DNA from: Octopus vulgaris
Taxonomy: Eukaryota
Length of the DNA stretch: 64,000 nt
Direction: 5' to 3'
Assembly: GCA_951406725.2 (NCBI GenBank)
Contig: OX597833.1
Location: forward strand, 22,506,001 to 22,570,000
The position numbers were made by a program, and so were the translations under genes. Below are positions 1 to 13,699 of this stretch, piece by piece (the first letter of the stretch is position 1; every line of letters starts with the position of its first letter). Under the pieces are notes generated by a model that was not told the origin of the DNA, did not search any database, and saw only the letters and a program-made list of their open reading frames with translations.

Positions 1-194
1 ACACATACATACATACATATATACCAGAGTAAGCATATAAATGTGAAACAAGATAGAAAAAAATGGTACTCAAATATCGGAGGTAGAGTAATATGCTTTA
101 TTAATAAAGTATATATATATATATATATAAATATATGTATATATATATAGACATACATACATACATACATACATATACGTATGTATATATATAT

Positions 195-989
195 ATATAT
201 AAACGGCAGTTTGTCTGTCTGTGTGTGTGTTTGTCAGGTTGTACCCTCACCCTGACCACGGCTTTCAACCGATTCTGATGAAACTTGACACACACATAGC
301 CCAATGTCATAATTCAAAACTAACGCAGCGAACATTTTGAAAAGTTTCCCCAGTTCTGAAAAAAATCGATAAATTCGACATGGGGTCGAGAATCTAAGCT
401 TTTTATATGCAACACATTTTCTGTTGTAGTTTTCGCAACTTGCAATCGATTTTCACCAAACTCATAGTGAAGCTTAATGTCACCCTAAGAAACATAATTC
501 TGACGTTAGTTTTCCATGCAATACCTTACCATCAGGAAAAATCGATAAAATCATGCCATTTTGGGAAATCACGTTCAAATTCAAGATGACATATTTTCGA
601 CAATATCTTTAACAAATTGGCAGGAATTTTTTTTTGAAATTCACAGCGAGCATCATGTCTGCTCCAAGTAGCTATATGGCCCTTTTTATTCCAATGGGAT
701 ACTTTATTACTGGAAAAAATCGGTTAATTAAATCATATGTGACACACATAGCAAACCGATTTGTGTATTAAACACAAACGACAGACTGTCTAGGGGGACG
801 CAACTCGACCTTTTTATCGCCCAAAGGGACAGCTAGGAACATCGTATACACAGAAGTATTCGAGTGAAGAGAAGACATTGCAACCTACACATGCGCCTTC
901 ATTCCCTAGAGGGAAAGGACTGGATTGGGATTAGTCGTTGCCTACTAGGGGCTCTTACATACCTGGGCAACGCCGGGCTATGCTGCTAG
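195..989 (+). mobile_element. Non-autonomous Helitron-like element
   Basis: 5' TATATAAA...(CTGT)n tract; 3' GC hairpin cctgggcaacgccggg followed by terminal CTAG|T at 986-990; no TSD. Confidence 0.7.
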
Positions 990-1410
990 TATTTATATAT
1001 ATATATATATTGATAAAAATGGTAAGACAACAAAAGAAAGAAAGAGACCTTGATATTATGTAAATAGAGGAATTTATCTGTAAATGTAATATGTAATAAA
1101 TATATATGTGTGGGTGTACACACACACACACACACACACACTTAGCCAGTGAAAATACACGAAGAGCAGTCATGGTGAGATTAAAGTCCTAGATTACACA
1201 ATTTCTAATCTTTATATCTCATGTTGTGCTCCTGACCTGCATAGATAACTGTTTGTCTCACTTTTATTGACAATAAAAAATGGAAAAGTACAGGTTCAGT
1301 TATCTTTCATCATAGTAGAATGATAAACTGTAGAAGGGTCATGCAGTAAAAGAAACAACTGTATCTTTCATAAATGGAAATGGCTTTCTATCTCTTTCCC
1401 TCACCCCATC

Positions 1411-1462
<52 letters not shown>

Positions 1463-1801
1463 TTAAAGACCCCCTTCGGTCATGAGTGACCATGGGTTTG
1501 CACCTAGAGAGTTACCCTCTGAGGCACAAGTCTGGGCAAGGTTTTTTTTTTTATGGAAGACCAGTAGTCGTCCATGCATACCGGCCTCCCCTCTCCATGC
1601 CACCAGTGTTATCCAAGGGAAAGACAAAGGTCGATACAGCTTGGCACCTGTGACGTCGCAACTCATTTCTACAGCTGAGTGAACTGGAGCAACGTGAAAT
1701 AAAGTGTCTTGCTCAAGAACACAACACGCAGCCCGGTCCGGGATTCGAGCTCACAACCTCACGATCGTAAGCTCGACGCTCTAACCACTGAGCCATGCGC
1801 C
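1463..1801 (-). mobile_element. tRNA-derived SINE, family A
   Basis: A-box TGGCTCAGTGG and B-box-like GCTCGAATCC on the minus strand; near-identical to copies at 5966-6307 and 58053-58390. Confidence 0.85.
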
Positions 1802-1946
1802 TATATATATATATATATTAGAAGAAATAAGGTACTCAGAAATCTGGATGGTTTTATATTTAGAGATTTTTATTAATATGTCACATGCTTTTATAACTCA
1901 TATATTAGCGCTTGCATCTACTCTAGTAGAATCTCCAGATTTGATT

Positions 1947-2035
<89 letters not shown>

Positions 2036-2393
2036 GGTTTCAAATTTTGGCACAATGCCAGCAATTTTGAGGTATTGTGTAAGACAATTACATCAACCCT
2101 AGTGCTCAACTGGTACTTATTCTATTGACCCCAAAAGGATGCTGTAAATGTTAGCCAGTGAATATTGGTTGGGTGGTAAATAGCTTGCTTCCCAAGCACA
2201 TAGCTTCATGTTCAATCCCAGGTGGGTCACTTTGGGTAAGTGACTTCTACTATAGTGCCAGACTGACCAAAGCTTTATGAGCAGATTTAGTAGATAGAAA
2301 CTGAAAGAAACCTATGATGTCTATCTATCTATTTATCTATTATATATTTACATGTATGTATGTATGTATGTATGTATATATATGTAAGTACAT

Positions 2394-2492
<99 letters not shown>

Positions 2493-2499
2493 CACACAC

Positions 2500-2718
2500 A
2501 TGAAGGCATGCTGAAAAGTTCCTGGGTTTGTGTGAAAGAAAATGCAGGAGATTAGTTAATTATGATTTTATCTAACATATTCCCCTTTCAGATTCACGCA
2601 CTTATTGCCACTGGTCCTTCAGTTTTTCTAAGCCTTGTAAAAGAATTCAGAATGTTGGACTTACAACCAGGCCTTTCATGACACTATTAAAGCCAGGCAC
2701 TTTTCAACAGCCCCTTGC
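2500..2718. mobile_element. Mariner-type MITE (partial second copy at about 28333-28472)
   Basis: Terminal inverted repeats gctgaaaagttcctgg...ccaggcacttttcaac; homologous fragment at 28.4 kb. Confidence 0.65.
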
Positions 2719-3059
2719 ACACACACATATGTATGTGGATGTGTGTGTGTGTCTGACTGTTTCCTTGCCATAACATTGTGTGACAACTGTTAGCGAGTGT
2801 CACCATTATACAAGTGGTGTCCTTTGTTTCCAATCTTCTGTGAAAACATGTTTGGTTATGGAAAAATATTACCTTACCTAGAAATGGGCAATGGTTGACA
2901 ACAGGAAGAGCGCCCGCCTATTAGAAATCATCCTCAGCTAACTCTGGCCCATCCATGCCAGGATGGAAAAGTGGATGTGATGATGATGATAATGATAATG
3001 ATGATGATTATATCCTCCTCCTCCTCCTCCTCCTTCTCCTCACCACCACCACCACCACC

Positions 3060-3093
<34 letters not shown>

Positions 3094-3791
3094 TACATAT
3101 TTAAAATTCATATGTGGCTGTAAGGTTAATGTTCCCTCTCCCTCTCTCGCTATGAATGTATGAATATGTATAAAGTCAATTCATTAGAATATTGTAACTT
3201 GTGTTTGCTATTCAGATCCCACTGGGTTCAGCTTTGCAGTCCATAAATATAATACTGGACTTGCTGATCCTTCTTCTCGTCTTTCACCTTAGCACCAACT
3301 CGTTGAAGTTTGGAAGGATAAAAGACCAAATCAACTGAGGTAGAATTCGAATGTGAAAACACAAAGTACTAACCTGAGACACTGCAACCTAGACAACCTT
3401 AGTTGTCATCTTGGTCATCTCAAACAATGTGTACTCAGCAGGCACAAAGTCTCATTAAAAATTAGCCAAAAAAAAAAAAGAAAAAGATAAAAGAAAAAGA
3501 AAACGAAATGATGATATTCAATGCCTTGTTTAGATCAGTATAAAAAAGCGAATTTGTTCCAGTCAGAATGTAGACTTGATTCATGGTGATTTTTACTGCA
3601 TTTGGTTATAAGCATGGTGTTTAATTGTGATTCTTTTAGTTCATTAGTGCATTAGACAAAATGCTCTGCAGCTTTTCTTAAGGTTCTTTTCATTCTGTGT
3701 TCAAATTCCACTGAGGCGAACTTTGCCTTTCATCCTTTTGAGGTTGAAAAAATAAAGTTTCGGTCAAATACTGATGTTGTAATTGATTTGC

Positions 3792-4502
3792 AGTGGAATT
3801 CTGCTTTCAGTACGTCATATAACCCCACATAATTTTTTTTTATTTCTTGGAATTTTCAGAAAAGTTTTGTGAATTTGTATTCTATATATGGGAAGTCATA
3901 CAACTATGAAAAAATATTTAAAAAAAGTTTATCGAAATTAAAATAAAAACAATTGCAGCGTGGAAGCCATTTAAGAAACACACAAAAACCATTAGATTCA
4001 CAACATTTAAATCTAATTTGCCAAAATATTTTCGTCGCTTTGGGACAGCGACCTGTTCACTGACAAAGTTCCGTGCTGCACAGAATTTTGTCAGTGAACA
4101 GGTCGCAATTGTTTTCGTTCCAGCACACGATCTCAGATCAGGTCACTTGCTATGCAAGTACATCTCCGTAAAAAAAAAAAATTTTAAGTTTCCAAATTTA
4201 AAATAAAATTCAGTTCAAATTTTTGGCTTAAATCATAGAAATAGATAATTAAATGTGCTTATGGGGAGAAAGATATTGAAAAACACCAATATGTCAAAGT
4301 CACTAACAAACGAGGAGGATATGAGATGGACATGAGATGTGCTAAAGATAACTGCTAAATAGCCCTTAAATCACTCACCAAAAGTTTCTTTGTTTTGGTT
4401 TTTGCGTAATCATATGAATTTCAGTGTGTAAAACACAAATTTCTGAAAATTCCAAAAATAAAAAAAAGGGGTTATATTGCGTGCTTAAAGCAGAATCCCG
4501 TC
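3792..4502. mobile_element. MITE with about 70-bp TIRs and 8-bp TSD, inserted into a family C SINE
   Basis: ggaattctgctttcagtacgtcatataacccc...tggaattttcagaaa mirrored at about 4435-4500; TGATTTGC duplicated at 3784-3791 and 4503-4510. Confidence 0.75.
4017..4067 (-). ncRNA. Minimal type-I hammerhead ribozyme fold, G3:C8 core variant (Penelope-associated)
   Basis: Minus strand UUUGUCA-GUGAACA-G-GUCGCU(GUCCCAA)AGCGAC-GAAA-AUAU-UU-UGGCAAA: 7-bp helix I, 6-bp helix II, palindromic AAUAUU helix III. Confidence 0.65.
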
Positions 4503-5965
4503 TGATTTGCTCCCTCTCTTGGCCTTGTGTCAAAAATAAGAATATTTACTTGGTGTGCTATAAATTTTGTTTATAGCATTGAAAGGGAAATAACTTTCTG
4601 TTATCTACGTTACATTCGTTGAAGAAGAGTTATCTACCTTGTTATAGTTACACGTTATCTTCCACAACTATTATGCAATGTTTACATGATGTCACAGAAG
4701 CATTAAGAAATAAAAAGCAACAATAAAAACACCCCCACCTAAATACCCCCCAAAACAAAATAAATAAAAAAATAAAGAAAGGAAAACATAAGAGTAAAGC
4801 AACAAGTACACAGAATTTTTAATCGCTGGTTTTAGTTGAATGTTGATTCAAATGAAGCCCGGTTTCCCGTTCTATTTCAACCTTTATTTCCAGCTTAGAC
4901 ACAACTCGAAATTTTGGTGACATTTATTGGATTATATCAACTTGACTGGTATTCATTTTATCGACCCCGAAATGATGAAAAAATATCGAGCTCTGATAGG
5001 TTTTGAACGCAGAACTTTTCAAAACTACAGCTATACAAATCATTCAAAGTCTTGGGTCCGTTTGCACCTCCCTGTCCATTCAGATCGGATTGAAGATAGT
5101 CTCCCCTACGAATGAGCCACGTGCTGTTAAAATGTATATCCCGCACCATCCTTTGAGGTAATGCGTTCCGCATTTTGTCGACGCACAAAACATTATTTTA
5201 TTTGAGAATTTCCCCAAATTAATGTCCAATCGCGTTTTGTGCATGCGCGATCGGACATGCACTTGTTGTACATTGCGTGTATGAGAGTGGGGTGTGTGGG
5301 TGAGTGTAGGTGTGTACACACATACATACGTATATACGTACATGCATACATACATACATACATACACACACACATACATACATACATACATACATACATA
5401 CATACATACATACATACAAGCATTGCTGGCCCTGTGCCAAAACTCGAAACCAATATTTTCAGGTGAAAAAGTTATTTTTGTGTGATGTCACGTACATCAT
5501 ATTTTCTGGATCCTACTCAAAAAAATTCAACATACATGCCAGGTAGAATATTTTTTGGTTTAATACTCGCCAGGCTTGTCAAACCTTGCAGTGAAAAATG
5601 AATCGACGCAATTCTTGTAAATGTTCAAGGTTTACATCATAGATATTTCATAAGTTGTGTCTCTGACTGTCACGTACATCATGTGAGCAGGGTCCTGTTT
5701 ATTTCGATTATGGGTATTCCCCCTCATTAATGCAACTCTTCCTGGCGGAGAGAACTTGTACAGAACTCTGTTTAGGAATCAGCCACTGTACACATCGGCC
5801 AAGATTAAAGGGAACCGTTCTGATATCCGAATCTTGCTTCTGAGTCAGACCATTAATCGCCTGCGACGTGTGTCTTGTATATTCTCCAATGCCTTTGACT
5901 GATCTGCATCCCAGAAATTTTGAAACTTTTTTTAGGAGAGGCAGTTATAACTATTCTAGATAATT

Positions 5966-6307
5966 GTGAAGGCGCATGGCTCAGTGGTTAGAGCGTCGAG
6001 CTTACGATCGTGTGTTTGTGAGCTCGAATACCGGACCGGGCTGCGTGTTGTGTTCTTGAGCAAGACACTTTATTTCACGTTACTCCAGTTCACTCGGCTG
6101 TAGAAATGAGTTGCAGTGTCACAGGTGCCAAGCTGCTTCGGCCGTTACCTTTCCCTTGGATAACACTGGTGGTGGCGTGGAGAGGGGAGGCCGGTATGCA
6201 TGGGCGACTGCTGGTCTTCCATAAACAACCTTGACCGGACTTGTGCCTGGGAGGGTAACTTTCTAGGTGCAATCCAAAGGTCTGTGTTGTGACCGAAGGG
6301 GGTCTCA
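5966..6307 (+). mobile_element. tRNA-derived SINE family A nested in the mariner
   Basis: gtgaaggcgcatggctcagtggttagagcg head; same body as 1463-1801. Confidence 0.85.
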
Positions 6308-6718
6308 GATACCACTACTATACATCTAATAAGCGGACCTTTGTTATTCCAGATTGAGGAGACAGCTGTAACAGCACTTTGAATGCACCCTACTAAACAC
6401 TGTTTGTCACGGCTGACTAGTTTGCAGAATGCAGTCGGAATGTGAAGACAATTTAGAAGTTCACTATGCAATAAAGTTTTGTGTTAAACTAGGCAAAAAC
6501 GCTACAGAAACATAGGAAATGCTCCAGACTGCTCATGGATTAACCTTTTCACCGAGACAAGAGGTGAGTGACGATAAGAGGTGTGGGAGGGAGATGGACT
6601 TCAGAACATCAGAGCTGGTTGAGAAAATTTGTAATTTTCCTTATGAAGACCGTCGTGTGTTTATAAGTATAATAAGCATACAGTTTGGAGTTGGTGTGGC
6701 AACTGTACACAGAGTTAC

Positions 6719-7123
6719 CCTTTTACTCTTTTATTTGTTTCAGTCATTTTTACTTGTGGCCATGCTGGAGCACCGCCTTTACGCGAGCAAATCGACCCCG
6801 GGACTTATTCTTTGTAAGCCTAGTACTTATTCTATCGGTCTCTTTTGCCGAACTGCTAAGTTACGGGGACGTAAACACACCAGCATCGGTTGTCAAGCGA
6901 TGTTGGTGGTGGGGGGACAAACACAGACACACATACACACACATACAGTTACCTATATACGACGGGCTTCTCACAGTTTCCGTCTACCAAATCCACTCAC
7001 AAGGCTTTGGTCGGTCCGAGGCTATACTAGAAGACACTTGCCCAAAGTGCCACGCGGTGGGACTGAACCCGGAACCATGTGGTTCGCAAGCAAGCTACTT
7101 ACCACACAGCCACTCTTACGCCT
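6719..7123 (-). mobile_element. tRNA-derived SINE family B nested in the mariner ORF (other copies at about 8810-9170, 10565-10937, 19630-19785, 51020-51375)
   Basis: Head gagtggctgtgtggtaagtagcttgc...ggttcagtccc; internal (CA)n; interrupts the transposase between ATVHR and IHEDL with a short AGTTA duplication. Confidence 0.85.
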
Positions 7124-7605
7124 AGGAAGTTATTCATGAAGATCTGAACATACACAAAATTTGTGCAAAGTTTGTTCTCAGGGTGCTCAGTGATGAGCAT
7201 CCTGGTAACTAACTATTTGACAGAAAAGAGCATTTCTCACCCTTTGTACAGTCTAGATCTTGCCCCCTGTAACTTTTGCTTGTTCCCCAAGCTTAAGGAG
7301 AACCTCAGGGGCAGTCGTTTTGAAAACGAAGGAGTTTGTGACAAGTTTCCTGAACACCTTGGCGATGGGGGACTTCCATGGGACCGTTACAAGATGGCTG
7401 GATCGGTGGAACAAATGCATCGAAGTCCGAGGATCCTACTTTGAAGGAAATTAGAACTTTATCATTCTTTGAGATTAATAAATGTTTCTCCTGAAAAAGT
7501 TTGAAAATTTCTGGAATGCACTTTGTATTTGAGATTTTTGAATGCATTAAAAATTATGAGAGAGCTAGAGCGAGCGAGCAAGCAAGAGAAAGAAAGAAAG
7601 AAAGA

Positions 7606-7638
<33 letters not shown>

Positions 7639-7664
7639 TGAGAGAGAGAGATGGTAAAAGAAAA

Positions 7665-7697
<33 letters not shown>

Positions 7698-7813
7698 TCA
7701 CTAAGCGTTCTAATACTTAAGTTAGATATGCTGCCACACGCTTTCTCCATTGTTTATCATGTGGATGAAGTCTCATAACCATTTAATTTCTGATCAACCC
7801 TGTTTGTCTTCGC

Positions 7814-7955
7814 CAGACGTCGGTAACGTGCGGCCCGCAGGACTTTCTGAAAAATTTCCTTCAATTTTTATTTTTTATTTTTGGAACGTTGACCCACTTA
7901 ATGATGAACCATGTCTCACGTGGCCCTTTTCTCGAAAAAGTTTTGCCCATGTCTG
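7814..7955. mobile_element. Small hAT (Charlie-like) MITE
   Basis: Ends CAGACGTCGGTAA / TTGCCCATGTCTG; imperfect 8-bp TSD gtcttcgc/gtctacac. Confidence 0.55.
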
Positions 7956-8960
7956 GTCTACACCAAGGAATACGCATTTCATATATTTACTCAGCAACTC
8001 GTTTACTAACATTTGGTATGTTCCAGAGAAGTTACACGTCCGCTGAAGGCACTCAGATGCAGAACTGTATCCAGAATTATCCCCCCTGTGTGCTGCAAAA
8101 ATGAGAAAATAATATTATTTATAAACTAATATATATATTTTTCACAGCACATTTGTGCTTTAGGTTTTAACTACTCCATGCATAAAATGCACCAACATCT
8201 ACATACTATTTTATTTATTCGGTATAAAGCAAAACACGGAAAGTAAAGTTGTTTATCAGAAAAGATTTAGTGAGATGTAGAAAAACTTCTGAACATTTTG
8301 TAATGGTTTAATAACAAGTATTATAAAGTACTTTCTTTTAATGGTGTTCATTCCAGGGTGTAATTACTTTACAGACGCAAGTATAACGATGTGAATGTCT
8401 GAAGGAGCGTGACTCAGTGGTTAGGGGTATTCGGCCCACGGTCGTAAGGTCAGGAGTTCGGTTCCTGGCCACGCGTCGTGTCCTTGTGCAAGACACTTTA
8501 TTTCCCATCGCTCCAATCCACTCAGCAGGCAAAAATGGTTTCTCTCACATAATTTTTTTAATGCAGTCAAAAATCCAAGCTTTGATCAAATACAAGATGC
8601 ATTCGAACAGTTTTCAGCCCTTTCTTAAAATGAGTATGACCTGTGTTGCAATGGGCCAGCCTTGTCGCATTCTATGTCACGCTGAATCCCCAGGGAACTA
8701 CGTCAAGGGTACGCGAGTCTGTGCAGTGCTCAGTCACCTGCACATTAATTTCACGAGCAGGCTGTTCCGTTGATCGTATCAACTGGAACCCTCGTTGTAT
8801 ATCAGTATATCTGTGCGATTAGGTACTCGCTTTGCAGCCACGTAGTTTCAGGTTCAGTCCCACCGCACGGCACCTTGGGCAACTATCTTCTACTATATCT
8901 CCGGACCGACCATTGCATTGTGAGTGAATTTGGTAGACGGAAACTCTGTGGAAGCCCGTC

Positions 8961-9011
<51 letters not shown>

Positions 9012-10954
9012 CACACACGACTTGAGTGTATGTTTGTTACACCCCACCACTTGACAACCGGTGTTGGTTTGTTTATTTCCGTACAATCTAGCGATTCGGT
9101 AAATGGCACCGATAGAATAAATAGTAGACGTTCAAAAATAAGTATTGGAGTCGATTTGTTCAACTAAATCCTCCCAGTCCAGTGACAAACAATTAGGAGG
9201 TCAAAGGTCTTTATGCACATTTGATTCTTGTGCCGTTGACTAACGTACCACATGTCATACTACAATAGATTGTATAATCCATGACTGAATATACACAGTT
9301 CCACAGAACAGGCTATCGAGAGCTAAGTGTCTTTGCTAATGACACCCAGGGCATAGCGTCAGTGGGATTACACGAACTACTGTGTTTCATTTAATGTGTC
9401 AACTCTGCGAACTGGCAGAATCGTTAGTGCGCCGGGTAAAATGTTTAGCGGCATTTCGTCTGTCTTCGTTCTCTGAGTTCAAATGCTGCTGGCGTCGACT
9501 CTGCCTTTCATTTTTTGGGGGGGTCGATATAATAAATAGCAGTTGAATATAGTACCAGAGTGGCCTCCGCAGGTGGCTGCTCTGGTACTGGAAAGAAGAG
9601 ATTTTTCCACTTAACAAACTCCTTCCCAATGGAGGATTACAGATTTCTCCATGGGAGCCCCGACTTGCTGGTGCGGGATTGCTTGAAGACCGCAGGAGAG
9701 TTAAACGGGGATTAGTATGAGAGGTTTATTGCCTCAAGTATGTGTTAAATTTGTAATGGACTTTTTAGTCCAAATAAATTGTATGTGTGAAATTGAAAAA
9801 TTGTAAGAGGGTTAATACCTCAATTTATGTTTAAATATTGAAAAATGTAAGAGATTTAATACCCCAATTAATGTTTGTGAAAGAACAATGTTATAGAGAA
9901 GCAGAGGGTCGGCAGGCGCTTTCTGTCTTCTCCCATCCTTATCATTCTCGTATCATTATCATTCATTTCATTAATGTCTAGTCCAGCCCGCAAAGCTATC
10001 TAATCTTTGTACTGTCTTTATGACAAATTTGGTGAAATAAAGTAGCAGTTGAATACTGGGGTCGATGTAATCGACTTGTACCCCTCCCCCATAATTGCTC
10101 GTCTTGTGTCAAAATTTGAAACCAATACGTCAAATAGAGGCGAGCTGGTAGAATCGCTAGCATGCTGAGTAAAAATGCTCAGCGATATTTCGTCCGACTT
10201 CACGTTCTGAGTTCATATACCACCGAGGTCGACTTAACCTTTCAACCTTTCGGGATCGATAAAATAAGTACCAGTTTCGATTTATTTATCCCTTCCCTCG
10301 CAGATACTGGCCTTGTCAAAATTTGAAACTAACACGTCAGCTCTCCATATTTTCGGCTAACGGCAAATCTCAGTGCTTTGAAACATTATATCATAGACAG
10401 AAATCGACTGGTAAAGTAAATTTTGATAGTTAGAACAAAGGACGTATGTATATTGCGCATTGTTTTTTGACCGAGATATTCAGAACTACAGTTACAGCAA
10501 AAGATTAATTGTGAGCAATAAATTTGAGAACAATAGTTATATATATATATATATATATATATATACTCTTTACTCTTTTACTTGTTTCAGCCATTTGCCT
10601 GTGGTCATGCTGGAGCATCGCCTTTAGTCGAGCAAATCAGGACTTATTCTTTGTAAGCCTAGTATTTATTCTATCGGTCTCTTTTGCTGAACCGCTAATG
10701 TTACGGGGACGTAAGCACACCAGCATCGGTTGTCAAGTGATGTTGGGGGACAAACACACACACACACACACACACGCACACATATACGACGGGCCTCTTT
10801 CAGTTTCCGTCTACCAAATTCACTCACAAGGCTTTGGTCGGCCCGAGGCTATAGTAGAAGACAGTTGCCCAAGGGACTGAACCCGGAACCATGTGGTTCG
10901 TAAGCAAGCTACTTACCACGCAGCCACTCCTATGCCTATATATATATATATATG

Positions 10955-11255
10955 GAGGCGCAATGGCCTAGTGGTTAGGACAGCGGACTCGCGGTCGCAG
11001 GATCGCGGTTTCGATTTCCAGACCGGGCGTTGTGAGTGTTTATTGAGCGAAAACTCCTAAAAGCTCCACCAGGCTCCGGCAGGGGGTGGTGATCCCTGCT
11101 GTACACTCTCACCACTCTTTCTCTCACTCTTTCTTCTGTTGGCCTGCTCGCTTTGCCAGCGGGGTGGCGTCATTCGAAGGCTAAAACAATGCGAACGCAT
11201 TGTGACCAGCGATGTGTAACAACATCTGATGATCTGGTCGGTCACGTGATCACGT

Positions 11256-11257
<2 letters not shown>
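10955..11257 (+). mobile_element. tRNA-derived SINE (related copies at 24247-24520, 27566-27832, 29925-30200)
   Basis: ggaggcgcaatggcctagtggttagg A-box and ggtttcgattt B-box; shared 3' cattgtgaccagcga...gtcacgtgat. Confidence 0.75.
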
Positions 11258-11305
<48 letters not shown>

Positions 11306-11399
11306 GGAGTAAACACATAAATGTGAAACAAGGTGGAAAAAGAGTACTCAAATACCAGTGGTAGAGTAATATGCTTTATTTAAAGCAGCTTTAAATAAA

Positions 11400-11441
<42 letters not shown>

Positions 11442-11570
11442 TTTATTTAAAGCTGCTTTAATATATTATCTTCGTTAAATAATGAAAAATATTGATTTCA
11501 AATTTTGGTACAAGGACAGCAATTTCGTGGGGAGAGTGTAAGTCGATTACATTGACCCCAGTACTCAACA

Positions 11571-12618
11571 GGTACTTATTTTATCGTCTCTGAAAGGATG
11601 AAAGGTAAAATCGACCTCAGCGGAATTTGAACTCAGAATGTAAAAACGAACGAAATGTTGCTAAGCATTTTGTTCGATTTGCTAACGATTCTACCTGCTC
11701 ACCTCCTTAAATAATCCTTTCTGCAATAGGAACAAGGCCTGAAATTTGGGGGAGGGGTGCCCCACTGGTACTTATTTTATCGATCCTGAAAGGATGAAAG
11801 GTAAAATCGACCTCAGCGGAATTTGAAGTCAGAATGTAAAAACGAACGAAATGTTGCTAAGCATTTTGTTCGATTTGCTAACGATTCTACCTGCTCACCT
11901 CCTTAAATAATCCTTTCTGCAATAGGGACAAGGCCTGAAATTTGGGGGAGGGGTGCCCCACTGGTACTTATTTTATCGATCCTGAAAGGATGAAAGGTAA
12001 AATCGACCTCAGCGGAATTTGAACTCAGAATGTAAAAACGAACGAAATGTTGCTAAGCATTTTGTTCGATTTGCTAACGATTCTACCTGCTCACCTCCTT
12101 AAATAATCCATTCTGCAATAGGGACAAGGCCTGAAATTTGGGGGAGGGGTGCCCCACTGGTACTTATTTTATCGATCCTGAAAGGATGAAAGGTAAAATC
12201 GACCTCAGCGGAATTTGAACTCAGAATGTAAAAACAAACGAAATGTTGCTAAGCATTTTGTTCGATTTGCTAACGATTCTACCTGCTCACCTCCTTAAAT
12301 AATCCTTTCTGCAATAGGGACAAGGCCTGAAATTTGGGGGAGGGGTGCCCCACTGGTACTTATTTTATCGACCCTGAAAGGATGAAAGGTAAAATCGACC
12401 TCAGCGGAATTTGAAGTCAGAATGTAAAAACGAACGAAATGTTGCTAAGCATTTTGTTCGATTTGCTAACGATTCTACCTGCTCACCTCCTTAAATAATC
12501 CTTTCTGCAATAGGGACAAGGCCTGAAATTTGGGGGAGGGGTGCCCCACTAGTACTTATTTTATCGACCCTGAAAGGATGAAAGGTAAAATCGACCTCAG
12601 CGGAATTTGAAGTCAGAA
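11571..12618 (-). repeat. Tandem array of a 196-bp SINE-derived unit (5 full copies plus a partial sixth)
   Basis: Unit starts at 11571, 11767, 11963, 12159, 12355 and 12551; copies differ by only a few bases. Confidence 0.95.
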
Positions 12619-13222
12619 CATAAAGACAGACAAAATGCCGCTATGCATGCTAACGATTCTGCCAACTCGCTGCCTTAAATAACGGAATATATTGATAACA
12701 TATTTATCCATTTTGCACATTTGTTAAAACGATTAAAAAGAAACATAACGTGTTGGCAGAAAGTGGCTGTTAGCCTGCATGAGTCTAATATGGAAGAAGG
12801 CATTATTGCATAAGCGATATTAAAGATGCGAAGTACATACAACTGGGAATAAAAACTGGGTCATTAATAGCCTAAATCTTTATTTACAGCAAGGAATTAA
12901 AACACTGGAATAAATACTGTTGAGGGGAAGAGGAGAGGCCTAACTTTTCGAGCAGAAACCTTCGCCGAGGAGAGATGGTTCTGGAGTAATTTGGCAGGAT
13001 AAATAGACTGGAAGTAGTAAAGGTAAAGGAAAAGTGAATGTAGCAGTGAATGATAATAATAAGGAAGGAAGAGGGAGAAGAAAATGTGTAAGTCGAGGGA
13101 GATGTAACGAGTGGTTGGAGATGAGGGGAAGAATGTCAGTCTGTGGAGAAAATAAAAGGAATACCAATAGATTTGAAAAGCGTTGAGGAAAGAAGGTAAT
13201 GGCAGGGAAACATTTTACACAC

Positions 13223-13287
<65 letters not shown>

Positions 13288-13613
13288 ATCACGCATACAT
13301 GTACGCACGCACGCACACATACGTACGTAGATACATACATATATACATACTCATACACACACACACACATACATACATACATACATACATACATACATAC
13401 ATACATGTCCCTATTTTCTATCATTCTGTATGTATGTATGTACGTATATATTTATGTGTTATTACATAACAATAACAGTAACAATAAATATATATATATA
13501 TATGTATGTTATTGTTCAGAAATCTTGAAATAAACCGAACAATGACATACATACATACATACATACATACATACAAACACACACACACACACACACATAC
13601 ATACATACATACA

Positions 13614-13644
<31 letters not shown>

Positions 13645-13699
13645 TGTCACAAAGTACCTGGTGAACAAGAGAGAGAGAGAGAGAGAGAGAGTGGCGCCC

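Larger units (their letters stand above)
5900..7527 (+). mobile_element. Decayed mariner transposon with two nested SINEs
   Basis: TIRs gcatcccagaaattttgaaacttttt (about 5906) and aaaaagtttgaaaatttctggaatgc (about 7494-7519); remnants YAIKFCVKLGKNATET, ICAKFV, SLDLAPCNFCLFPKLK, RWNKCIEVRGSYFE; stops, frameshifts and internal deletion. Confidence 0.85.

Noticed and set aside
5966-6045. tRNA genes suggested by A/B boxes (also at 10955, 24247, 27566, 57543, 58310)
   Set aside because: They continue into shared SINE bodies and lack intact cloverleaf ends; these are SINE heads
6519-7139. 206-aa ORF
   Set aside because: Chance fusion of a mariner remnant with an antisense SINE; not a gene
11571-12618. 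CRISPR-like regular array
   Set aside because: Units are near-identical along their full 196 bp with no unique spacers, derive from a SINE, and no cas genes are present in this eukaryotic DNA
12935-12975. Further hammerhead-like remnants (also about 25425-25460, 44160-44200, 61543-61586)
   Set aside because: Core too degenerate to fold convincingly; at most dead Penelope-end relics
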